From: Blastocladiella emersonii ATCC 22665
Lineage: Eukaryota; Fungi; Blastocladiomycota
NCBI GenBank assembly: GCA_025594325.1
Contig: JANHCV010000007.1
Location: 930,001 to 994,000, forward strand
DNA: 64,000 bases
Reading direction: 5' to 3'
Positions 37,465 through 46,786 of this stretch are shown in pieces (position 1 is the stretch's first letter; each line of letters starts with the position of its first letter). The notes beneath the pieces were generated by a model. It did no database searches and was not told where the DNA came from. It was given only the letters and a program-made list of their open reading frames with translations. Both the position numbers and the translations under genes were made by a program.

Positions 37465-37731
37465 TTATTGTACAGCTGTCCCCGTGTCGTCAGCGTCTGC
37501 CTCAAAGATCTCGCTCGTCGGTCGGTTGTACCAGGTGTGAATGTCTTGGGCAAGGTCCGCGCCCTTGGTCACCATCTGCGCAATGGAGCTCACAGCGGGG
37601 TTGTGCGACCGCTCAAAGAACTTGGACACGGTCTTGACGCCTTTGAGGACAGTTGGCATGTGTTTGTTGACAAAGGACCCGACCTGGCCGAGCACATTGC
37701 TAAAGTTGGTCCAGAGGTTACGGAAGATCAT
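37465..37731 (-). CDS. 88-aa virion-module protein with an amphipathic N-terminal helix
   Basis: MIFRNLWTNFSNVLGQVGSFVNKHMPTVLKGVKTVSKFF; located between MCP and penton, with its own upstream motif. Confidence 0.6.
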   Translation of the reverse strand: MIFRNLWTNFSNVLGQVGSFVNKHMPTVLKGVKTVSKFFERSHNPAVSSIAQMVTKGADLAQDIHTWYNRPTSEIFEADADDTGTAVQ

Positions 37732-37773
37732 GGCGGGGTTTAACTCTACGCAAGAAAAGAAAGGACAGGGCCG

Positions 37774-38994
37774 TTACTTGTAGATGTTGATCTCGCCGGT
37801 TGGCAGGAACTCGTAGACCACGTCGATGCCAATGAAGGCGTCCACGCGCTGGTTCGGGGCCACGCTTGAAGTCAGGATCACCTGCATGTCCATGGCCTGG
37901 CTCTTGCAAGACTTGTTGCCGCTGACCACGGTGCGACTCGACTCGAGGTCATGGCCGACAACAAAGGTACCCTCGGCCGGCGCGTTGAACTTGTCAACTG
38001 TGAGGCCAGTGCCAATGACGTGGCCATGGAAGGCATTGGTCAGCTCAACGAACGCCTCGGACGCGTAGTCGTCACAGCGGATGGGTCGCTGAGGGAAGAG
38101 TCGGCCGGCCACGCTGAACTGGTACAATGTAATGGTCTTGGCACGAAGGAACGAGTCCTTGGCATTGTCGTTGAGCACGGCATTGTTGCGGAACGACAGC
38201 AGGATGTCTTTCTGTGAGGCCGAGCGGTCCGAGATGTTGAGCGTCGAGTTGGGCACCGAGTAGTTCAGGAAGTGGTGGTTGTAGGTCGTGCCAAAGAGCT
38301 TGAGGCCCTGCTTCTTGAAGGCCGCGTCCATGACCGCGATCTGCTGGTCGTTGAGCTTGATCAGGTCCGAGACAATGCAGACGTCCTTGACTGTGTAGCC
38401 CGGGATGGCATTGTTCTTGACAATGCAGGCGTCACTGCCAGGTGCGAGGGTGAACTCGACGCGGATGCCGCCCGTGTACTTCATTGGGAGGTGCTTCTGG
38501 TTTGCCAGCAGGGCCGACTTGATGGGCAGCATGTACCGGTGCAGCCCGGACGAGACGGCGAACTTGTCCGCGCCGGACGCAAAGTAGCCCTGTGCCACGC
38601 CGAGACACGAGTCCTTGAGGTACTGGGGGACCGTCACGTCGGCCTCGATGCGCTGACGCAGGTTGTAGTACGGGAGCTCTTCGAGTAGGGCACCGGACGC
38701 GCTGTAGATGCGGACACGGTCAATGACGCTGAAGATACCATTGCAGAAAGCGACGTTGGCGTCTGTGGTCTTGGCCAAGAACTGCAGGAAAGTACAGTGC
38801 GTGTCCATCATGTCGTCGCGCGGCGGGAGCAGGACGCTGATGCTGTTGCCAGGAGCAAACTCGGGGCCGCCCTGAGCCGTGAACTGGACGGTCTGGCGCT
38901 CGGCATAGACGGACTCCTTGGGCAGGTTGAACAACATCTTGGGAGGGAGAGCCTTGGACAGGACCTGCGAGAACTGGGCGTTGGTACTGGACAT
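37774..38994 (-). CDS. Major capsid protein (double jelly-roll, PLV type)
   Basis: 406 aa and beta-rich. GPEFAPGNSISVLLP...MDTHCTFLQF...SVIDRVRIY...LLEELPYYNL matches my recollection of PLV MCP N-termini. It is clustered with the penton and ATPase. Confidence 0.8.
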   Translation of the reverse strand: MSSTNAQFSQVLSKALPPKMLFNLPKESVYAERQTVQFTAQGGPEFAPGNSISVLLPPRDDMMDTHCTFLQFLAKTTDANVAFCNGIFSVIDRVRIYSASGALLEELPYYNLRQRIEADVTVPQYLKDSCLGVAQGYFASGADKFAVSSGLHRYMLPIKSALLANQKHLPMKYTGGIRVEFTLAPGSDACIVKNNAIPGYTVKDVCIVSDLIKLNDQQIAVMDAAFKKQGLKLFGTTYNHHFLNYSVPNSTLNISDRSASQKDILLSFRNNAVLNDNAKDSFLRAKTITLYQFSVAGRLFPQRPIRCDDYASEAFVELTNAFHGHVIGTGLTVDKFNAPAEGTFVVGHDLESSRTVVSGNKSCKSQAMDMQVILTSSVAPNQRVDAFIGIDVVYEFLPTGEINIYK

Positions 38995-39034
38995 GGTTTA
39001 GTTTAGGACTCGGCAACAAAAAAAAGTCAAGAGT

Positions 39035-39832
39035 CTACTGCTTCACGATCCACTCGCTGAAGCTGTCTACAAGCCGGTACTTGGGCGGGTTCTGGTTGTT
39101 GACGCCCAGGAAGCGTCACTTCGTGTTGCCAGTACGCGTGTCAAAGAGCTGTTCAATGATGGCCTCAAACTCCTTGAGGTCGAACTGCGACCCAATCTCC
39201 TTGTGCAGCGTCTGGACCTCGGTCTTGTCATAGATTGGGTAGACGACGCTGTAGCTGCAATTGATGCGCAGAGTCTTGGGCAGGGCACACCACCGCTGGA
39301 CGCCAATGATGCAGCTGATCTTCAAGTGCCGCGAGTTGCACAGAAAGTTGGTCAGCGTTTGGTGGCTCAGCAGCTTGAGCCCAAGCACGTTGTCGATGAT
39401 CAGCAGCTGGTCCTGGAGCGCCTTCTTGCCAGACTCTTCGAATGTCTTGGTCAGGTCCTGGCGCATCTTGAGCAGGGTCGGGATGAACTGCTCGGGGTCC
39501 GTGACGATGCAGCTTGGCTTGATCTTGAGCCGGTCCGGGTCGCGCTCCTGGGGGTCCAGCACGTTGCGCTCCTTCTTGGGCGGTCGCAGGATCGGTTGAC
39601 TGGCAATGTACTCGTACTTGTCGTCGGCGTGGATCGTCGGGTTAAAGACCCAGATGTTGTCGAACTGGCCCTTGTAAAAGTGCGGGAAGCAGACCATGTT
39701 TGCAATCAGCGTCGACTTGCCCTGACCCTTGGCGCCAATGACGTTCATGGTGAACGGGTGCTTGGGGATCGGCAGCGGCTCGCCGTCGTCGTTGCGCGTA
39801 AAGCCGTTGTCAATGGCAACAATGTCATACAT
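39035..39832 (-). pseudogene. A32/FtsK-like DNA packaging ATPase with a premature TGA at 39116-39118
   Basis: Walker A GAKGQGKS, Walker B LLIIDN (D>N), and RHLKIS...VQRW..LPKTLRIN. Reading through the TGA continues RFLGVNNQNPPKYRLVDSFSEWIVKQ to TAG at 39035-39037. Confidence 0.85.
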
Positions 39833-39858
39833 TTAAAGACTGCCAACAAAAAAGGGCG

Positions 39859-41574
39859 TCAGTCCCAGCCGAGGTCAAGCACAATGCCGCTGCGCCTTGG
39901 GGTCTCGCGGACCTGCTTGACGGGCCGCTCAGGGATCTTCTGGTGACGCTGGATCTTGGGCGCTGTCAGCCCGCTACCCGCTGCCCGCTTGTCTGTGAAC
40001 AGCTTCGCGTCGGTCGGCTTCTTGTAGCCCAGTTGCTTGAGGATCTGTTCGAGGAGCATGTCGGTCTTCTTAGAACTACCGCCAGAATTGTTTTGCGCGG
40101 CCAGCTCCCTGATCATGGCCTCGAGGCCGCTTGTGTCGGCAGGCTGGACAATGACTTGGGGTGCAGGGATCGTGTCCAGCTTGGACCCAAGGTCTTGGAG
40201 CGTCTTGGTCATGGCCTCGTTGCTCTGGGTCTGCCCTTGGATCGCGCCCTGGACGCCGCTTGCAAGCTGGTTCATGAGCACCTGCTGGTTGCTGAGCGCC
40301 GAGGACATGCCCGTGGCAATCTCAGACACAAGCGCGCGGTTGCCAGCGTCAATCTGGCGGACAAAGTCGTTGCGTTCGGCTCGGAGCGTGTCCACAATCC
40401 CGGACGCGAGGTTGGCAAATGCGTCCATGGCCAGTCCCTGAGCGGCCGCCGACTGCTCGATGAGCGCCTGGTACGCCTGGTACTGCATGACCTGGGACCT
40501 GGCAAACTGCGAGGCAATGAGCTCGAGCGCGGCCATGACGTTCGGGTCATTGTTGTACTGGACCAGGATCTGCTGCCGCATGTCCACGTTCTGCTCGTAG
40601 TAGTTGTTCTCGTACTGGGTGATGAACTGCCGCATGTCGACGTTCTGCGTGTTCTGCTGCGTGTAGCTGTTGTACACGAACTGGTTAAACTGTTGAAAGT
40701 TCTGGACAACGTCGACCTCCATGTCGTCCGTGGTTGTCAGCGCCCGCTCGGGGTTGTAGACCTGCAAGTCCTTGGAGCCCTCGATCATGCGTGCCTTGTC
40801 CATGGCCGGGTGGACGTGACCCTCGTTGTACACGCCTTGCCGCTGTGCCACGTCCGGGCCATAGCTTGGTGGCATGACCACGAGGTCGCGGGTGCCATCG
40901 TCAAGCCTTGGGGGCGGGTCGTTGCCGCCATCATTGTCATTCTGGATCAGGTACTGGCCGGGGATCATGGCGCCGTACTCGTCAATGTCTTGACCAACAT
41001 AGTCGCCGGCCTCGACCGGGTACTGCTCGGGCATGACTGGCCGGACGGGCACGGGGAGCAAGTGGTCCGGTACAGCGTCCTCGTCAATGACGTCCAGGGC
41101 TTGCGAGATCTCTTCTGCCAGCTCGTCGCGCTCCTCTTCGCTGCTGCCCCTGTCGCTGTCCGTGGCCGACTCGGGGGCCTCTGGTCTGGGGCTTGCCGCT
41201 GGTGGAGCGACTGGGACTCGAGTGACCTTGCCCGTTGCCTGGTGCTCTTCCCACGCTTTAAGCGTGTCTTGGACGTGCTCCTGGAGGTCCTTGACCTCGT
41301 ACCCAGTGACGCCGTCCTGGTGCTTGAGGTAGAACAGCGAGTCGCCTCATTTGCGGCCAAAGTCGTTGGCATAGCTCTCGGGCGTCACCTTGTAGTCAAA
41401 GGCAAGGATGTAAGGCACCCAGACGTCGAGGAGCTCTTTGGCATTGGGGAACGTGTACTCGCGGCCGTCAATGGTTGCCTTGATCTTCTGCCCTGCAAGG
41501 CGCTTGGCCGTGATGCGCCCACCAGTTGCCTTGGTCACTCTTGCAAGTAGATCTGGTACTGTTCTTTGGCCCAT
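39859..41574 (-). pseudogene. ~570-aa uncharacterised viral protein with one in-frame TGA (41347-41349)
   Basis: ORF 41347-41595 and ORF 39859-41061 are in the same frame. The intervening codons are stop-free and coding-like (GDSLFYLKHQDG...). ATG at 41574 has the element's upstream motif. Confidence 0.7.
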
Positions 41575-41651
41575 GATGGTTACTGTATGGACCAAAAATA
41601 AAACGTCCCCATGTCGGTACCTTTTTCCCCGTGGCAGGTGCCTTTTGTCCC

Positions 41652-41903
41652 TCAGACGGTGCTATTTGCCCCCTGGTCCCGGCGCTTGGCGTTGAGTGCC
41701 TTGTAGATCCGGATCTTGACCCGCTCTGCCCGCGCTGCCTCGTCGTCAACGTGCGTGTACCAGTTGGCCTTGCGGTCGCGCTTCCGTAGCCACTTGGCCT
41801 TGTCCTCGTCACTCTTGCTGTACCAGCTGCTTGGCATGGGCATGGTCCCGGCGAGGTGCTCCCGCCACTCGTCCAGGCTCAGGTCATGGTCGCTGGAAAT
41901 CAT
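41652..41903 (-). CDS. 83-aa basic hypothetical viral protein
   Basis: K/R-rich ORF transcribed divergently from the fibre gene across a shared TTTAAA. Confidence 0.5.
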   Translation of the reverse strand: MISSDHDLSLDEWREHLAGTMPMPSSWYSKSDEDKAKWLRKRDRKANWYTHVDDEAARAERVKIRIYKALNAKRRDQGANSTV

Positions 41904-41923
41904 TCTGTTGCTTGAGTTTAAAC

Positions 41924-43783
41924 ATGGTCAAGAATATCTTTAACGTCTCAAGTACTGCGTCTCCAACCGTGTCTACCACGGGGGTCCCGGACGTGTCCAA
42001 GGCCTACGTTGACGCGGCCATCAGTGCCGTGTACGCCACGGTTGGCGCACCTGTTGCTGGCCCTGGCGTGGCAGTCTCAGGGACCACTGTGTCGGCCAAG
42101 GTCGACAACCAGACCCTTGGCGTGGGCGCAGCAGGGCTCTATGTCAAGTTGGTTGGCACGGCACAGCTGCTCCCGGCCAGCGTCACGGCCAACAAGGTCG
42201 CCACGATTACAGCAGGGCAGGTCACAGGCAAGCTCGTTGATGCTCAGCTGGACACTGTGTCTGCGTCCAAGGTTGTGGGCGTACTCAGTGCGTCCAACCT
42301 CCCAGCCGTTGGGACCTCGGTCCTGGCAGACGGCTCAGTGACTGATGCCAAGGTCGCGTCCGTGTCTGGGTCCAAGCTCGTGGCAGGCACAGTCGGCACG
42401 GCGGCTCTCATCGACCTGGCAGTCACAGATGCCAAGGTCGCGTCTGTGTCTGGGTCCAAGCTCGTTGCAGGGACTATTGGGACGGGAGCCCTGGCAGACG
42501 GTGCCGTATCCAACGCCAAGGTGGCAGCTGGCATCGACGGGTCCAAGCTGGCAGCGGGCACAGTCGGCTCCCTGGTCCTGGCAGACGCGGCCGTGACCAA
42601 CGCCAAGCTGGCAACTGGCATTGATGGGGGCAAGCTCAACGTCGGGTCCATTCGAACAGCCCACCTGGCAGCAGGCGCAGTCACGGACGCCAAGGTCGCA
42701 GACATGTCGGCGGTCAAGCTCACTGGGATCCTTGACCCTGCCCGCATCGCCAACGGGACCCTGACCAACGCCAAGCTGGCATCTGGCATTGACTCGGCCA
42801 AGCTTGCAGGGACCATTGACCTGGCACGACTCCCCGACGTCTCGGCCAAGGTCACGGCGGTGAGCGCAGCCTCAGTCGCTGGCACGCTCCCCCAGTCCAC
42901 CCTTGGGCTTGGCGCTGCCTTTGCCTTTGCAAATACGACGGACAGTTTGACATCAAGCACTGGAGCAGTCACCATTGCTGGTGGTCTTGGAGTTGGCAAG
43001 CAACTGACTGTGCCCAACGTCCTGGTCCGGAATGCCACAAGCGCGAACCTTGTCTTTGACTCGGCTGCCAATACATTGACGTACGTCGACTTTAAGCAGG
43101 CAGGCGTACTGCGAAGCAACCTGGCATGCACAGCGGCGGGTAACATTGAGATTGCGTCTGTGACCACAGGCGGGGTCTCCCTTGTGGCACGTGGCGGCAA
43201 TGTGGTTGTGGGCTTGGCGACGCTTGGCACAGAAAGGTTCCGCGTCAATGGCACTGGTCGCTTCACAGGGCAGCTCACCCTTGACCTCGCTCCAGTGGCA
43301 GGCACCGACGCAGCAAACAAGGCGTACGTTGACTTGCAGTCCGGCACGACCCGGTACGTCGCTCAGGCCGAGCACCACTCTACAAACGGAGTGACCACGG
43401 GCGGCAAGATCATTGGCGGCACAGCATCGACGGGCCCGGCCACCTTTGCGTTCCAGTCCACGGTGGGCGCGTTCACGTCTGTGATCAATGGATGCGTCAA
43501 ACCCCCTGTCAGTGGCTACTACCTCGTCCATGCAAAGGGCTACTACGCAAACGGCGCGCTCCCTGGAGCCCACACTGTGAACTTTGCGCTGTACAATATG
43601 ACAGACATGATTGCAGTGTCGCTTGTCACCGGGTGCCGCGCTGAAGGCAATGTCCAGTTCCTTCAGTTCTCAAGCATTGAGTACCTTGACGCGGCCAAGA
43701 GCTACTCTTTCATCTGGATCCCGTCGGTCGCAGTTGCCAACGACTGCCAGGTCATCATTCAAAGCCACTGGACCCTGCTCTAA
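41924..43783 (+). CDS. Fibre / receptor-binding-like virion protein
   Basis: ATG at 41924 after GTTTAAAC. It has repeated VTDAKVASVSGSKL / VTNAKLATGIDGGKL units, KAYVD motifs near both ends of the shaft, and a beta-rich C-terminal head. Confidence 0.65.
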   Translation: MVKNIFNVSSTASPTVSTTGVPDVSKAYVDAAISAVYATVGAPVAGPGVAVSGTTVSAKVDNQTLGVGAAGLYVKLVGTAQLLPASVTANKVATITAGQVTGKLVDAQLDTVSASKVVGVLSASNLPAVGTSVLADGSVTDAKVASVSGSKLVAGTVGTAALIDLAVTDAKVASVSGSKLVAGTIGTGALADGAVSNAKVAAGIDGSKLAAGTVGSLVLADAAVTNAKLATGIDGGKLNVGSIRTAHLAAGAVTDAKVADMSAVKLTGILDPARIANGTLTNAKLASGIDSAKLAGTIDLARLPDVSAKVTAVSAASVAGTLPQSTLGLGAAFAFANTTDSLTSSTGAVTIAGGLGVGKQLTVPNVLVRNATSANLVFDSAANTLTYVDFKQAGVLRSNLACTAAGNIEIASVTTGGVSLVARGGNVVVGLATLGTERFRVNGTGRFTGQLTLDLAPVAGTDAANKAYVDLQSGTTRYVAQAEHHSTNGVTTGGKIIGGTASTGPATFAFQSTVGAFTSVINGCVKPPVSGYYLVHAKGYYANGALPGAHTVNFALYNMTDMIAVSLVTGCRAEGNVQFLQFSSIEYLDAAKSYSFIWIPSVAVANDCQVIIQSHWTLL

Positions 43784-44892
43784 AGCCCGCGGTCCCACTT
43801 TTCTTGGACTCGGACTGGGACGCGCCTGACCTGGGTCGAGGGCTCCCTTGGCGTGACTGGGGTGCGCGCAACAGGGAGCCTTGGAAGACTCGGGGCCATG
43901 CGTGGCCTTGTCGGCGGGTCCTGGGTCGCTGTGACTGGCTGGACGTCGCTGCGTGGATAGAAGCCCTTGAGGCCTTGGACCTTGTAGCTCGGATTGCTCA
44001 CGCCCGACCCCTTGCGCACAACCTGGACCTGGCTCACAGTTGTTGACCAGACCGGCTTCCCCTTGGCCTCCATGGCAGTCTTGTACGGCTCGCGGACTCG
44101 GACCTGGGTCCCTACCTTCAACAACGCGCTCAGAGGGTCGCCCTCGGGCTTGCCCTTGGCAGCTCGGATCTCCTTGAGCTCTTGCTTGGCCGTTTTGCGG
44201 GGCATGTCATGGAACGCGTTGGGTGCCTTGCTTGTGGCCCTCGACTTGCTGCTGTTGATCACAGATTCAATGGTCTCGAGGTGCTTGGGCCAGTCGTTGT
44301 TGCCCGGGATGGACAGCCACGGTGTGAGCATCCGGCGGATGGTCCCGTTCATGCGTTCAACAACACCTTGACCGTATGGCACTCCTGCCTTGCCCTTGAT
44401 GTGCTTGGCCTCGGTCCCGGCCTCTATGCCAAAGAACTCGGTCCCATTGTCCGTCTGGATCGTGGCAGGTGCAAGGCTGTGCTTGGCGACCACGCTGGAC
44501 CATGCTTCCCGCGTCTTGTCCTTGGTCTTGATGGGTTGGAGGAACACACGCCTGCTCGCGAGGTCAACGCAGGTCAAAATGTACCTGAAGCCCTTGTACA
44601 TACCGTTTTCGCCCATGTCAATGAGGTCAAGCTGGAAGTTGCGACTGGGGCTTGTTGAGTTGATGCTTCGAATGTCTCGGCGCTTCTGAGGTGCGCGCTT
44701 GTACTGCTGCCACACGGACTGTTCGCCGAGCCATCTCTCAAGCTGGGCGCGGTAGATGTGCTTCCCTGTGTTCTCTCTGGACACAATGTCAAAGAGCCGA
44801 CGGATGCCAACACCTACGTGGCCGCGCTTGTAGTACAAGTCTGTCAGGAATGCTTGCTGTGCGTCTGTGAGCGGCTCTTCGTGGGCATACAT
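43780..44892 (-). CDS. Retroviral-like (rve) DDE integrase, Polinton type
   Basis: FQLDLID, YILTCVDLASR, IQTDNGTEF and GVVERMNGTIRRML give an intact D-D-E triad. Confidence 0.92.
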   Translation of the reverse strand: MYAHEEPLTDAQQAFLTDLYYKRGHVGVGIRRLFDIVSRENTGKHIYRAQLERWLGEQSVWQQYKRAPQKRRDIRSINSTSPSRNFQLDLIDMGENGMYKGFRYILTCVDLASRRVFLQPIKTKDKTREAWSSVVAKHSLAPATIQTDNGTEFFGIEAGTEAKHIKGKAGVPYGQGVVERMNGTIRRMLTPWLSIPGNNDWPKHLETIESVINSSKSRATSKAPNAFHDMPRKTAKQELKEIRAAKGKPEGDPLSALLKVGTQVRVREPYKTAMEAKGKPVWSTTVSQVQVVRKGSGVSNPSYKVQGLKGFYPRSDVQPVTATQDPPTRPRMAPSLPRLPVARTPVTPREPSTQVRRVPVRVQEKWDRGL

Positions 44893-44920
44893 TGTATTAA
44901 CAAAGGCGGAGACAAAAGGA

Positions 44921-46057
44921 TTACTGAGGCGTCATGTAGTAGGTCAGCGCAACGGGGATGCTGTGACCCATCTCGTGCGCGCGTTTGGCAATAGCTTGCT
45001 GCGCAGCAAAGTTCTCACTGGTGGAGATACGGCGGATCACTGCCACGCCGCCATCCTCAAAGCCGACCGTCTTTGCAGCCCAACTAATCAACGTACACCA
45101 GGTGCTGCTAACCCTCTTGCAGAGCGTGGTGTCCTTGAGCTCCTCGAGGGTGTAGTTGTTGAAGACAAAGTCATGACCTTCGGCGAGACGCTGGGCGAGG
45201 ATACGCTTGAGAGCGGCGGCGACCTTGGGCTCACTAACTGTGTGTGAGAAGTTGTAGCCACAGCCCTCTGTCTTGACAATGACATCGCCGGCCAGAATCT
45301 GGGTCTCTGGGTCGTAGTACGGGTACCCAGTGGTTGGCTTCGTGGTCAGGAACGCAGGGTCGGAGCGCACCGCACTCACAACTTGGAGGTACAGACGCAG
45401 GAGCCCTGTGCCCGAGCCCTTTGCATCAACAATAGCGGCGCAAATGGCGTCACGGCTCAGGAGCGCACCAGACTCGAGTTCCTTGCGCGCGTCGCAGAAG
45501 TCAGCAGCGTCCTGCTTCTTGGCCTCTGTGTACTTGGCCCCGAGTTCAGTCCACCTGTTCCAGGTGCAGTACTTGGTCAGGGCCTTGAGCGTCTCGACCT
45601 GCAGCCCCTGCTTGCCCTTGGACGCGCGGTACGCTGCCACAGCTTTGGACACGGCGTCAACGTCTTCAATGTCCATGCCTGACTTGGCAAAGGCACAGAG
45701 CACGCGGGATGTCTTGGCCTTGTCCGTGTCGCTCAGCTCAACCAGTTCCCCGTGCTTGTTCTGAACACGCGCGTTGACGCACGCCGCAATGGATTCCTCG
45801 GTCATCTGCGCGTACTTGACCTGGGGGTCAGTGTCCATGGGCTCGCCAGACTCGTCGACGGGGGTGTGATTGGGACGGTGATTGCAGTTACGTGACACTG
45901 CAGCCAGCGCGGCGAGGCTGGTCTCAACTCCCTTGAGCCGCTCGTCAAAGGATGCCAGCAGCGGCTTGATACCATCGAGCACTTGGTGCACTACATCGGT
46001 GGCAAAGTGCTGAGCGAGGGCAATGGCGACCTGGGAGGCAAGAGAGTCAAGCGCCAT
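44921..46057 (-). CDS. Tyrosine recombinase-family protein
   Basis: AVRSD (putative first Arg), then C-terminal IRRIS...AHEMGHS...LTYY, matching the R...RxxR...GH...Y catalytic pattern. Confidence 0.65.
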   Translation of the reverse strand: MALDSLASQVAIALAQHFATDVVHQVLDGIKPLLASFDERLKGVETSLAALAAVSRNCNHRPNHTPVDESGEPMDTDPQVKYAQMTEESIAACVNARVQNKHGELVELSDTDKAKTSRVLCAFAKSGMDIEDVDAVSKAVAAYRASKGKQGLQVETLKALTKYCTWNRWTELGAKYTEAKKQDAADFCDARKELESGALLSRDAICAAIVDAKGSGTGLLRLYLQVVSAVRSDPAFLTTKPTTGYPYYDPETQILAGDVIVKTEGCGYNFSHTVSEPKVAAALKRILAQRLAEGHDFVFNNYTLEELKDTTLCKRVSSTWCTLISWAAKTVGFEDGGVAVIRRISTSENFAAQQAIAKRAHEMGHSIPVALTYYMTPQ

Positions 46058-46181
46058 GGTTTACTGACTGTCAACAAAAAGGCTCCATGGGCTCAAGTGC
46101 GTTTGAACGCAACGTTCTTTTTTCTGGGTAGCTGGGCCTGGGTCAGGGTCATGATGGTGGCAAGTCATGGACCGTGGGAGG

Positions 46182-46613
46182 GCCCAGGTCACGGTTCAAG
46201 GATCGTGACCTGAGACGCGATTGGCTCCCAAGTTGGGCTCCTGGGGGGTCTGTGACTTTGCCCTCAGTCGCTGCCCAGGTCACGGTTTGAGCGGGCCGTG
46301 ACCTCGGCCTCTGCTGGCTCCCAAGTTGGGGTTCTGGGGGTCCGTGACTTTGCCCTCAGTCGCTGCCCAGGTCACGGTTCAAGGATCGTGACCTGAGACG
46401 CGATTGGCTCCCAAGTTGGGCTCCTGGGGGGTCCGTGACTTTGCCCTCAGTCGCTGCCCAGGTCACAGTTCAAGGATTGTGACCTGAGACGCGATTGGCT
46501 CCCAAGTCGGGAGCATGGGGGGTCTGTGACTTTGCCCTCAGTCGCTGCCCAGGTCACGGTTCAAGGATCGTGACCTGAGACGCGATTGGCTCCCAAGTTG
46601 GGCTCATGGGGGA
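46182..46613. repeat. Array of ~4.7 91/92-bp units, each containing a 9-bp-stem palindrome
   Basis: Units start at 46182, 46273, 46365, 46456 and 46547. The core is CAGGTCACG-N10-CGTGACCTG. Confidence 0.92.
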
Positions 46614-46786
46614 GGTCGTGTCTGGGTCAGGGTCAGGTCACGCAAGGGCAGCTGGGCCTGGGTCAGGACAGTGGCAAGTCATGGGCCATGCCAACAAGGG
46701 CTCCCGGGTCACAGCCATTAGCGCTAAATCCTGCGCGTTTAAACGCACCTGCCCTGTCACCTTTTCTGTCGCCTCATCATAACAAG

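Noticed and set aside
46182-46613. CRISPR array
   Set aside because: The units are near-identical along their whole length with no unique spacers, there are no cas genes, and the context is eukaryotic/viral.
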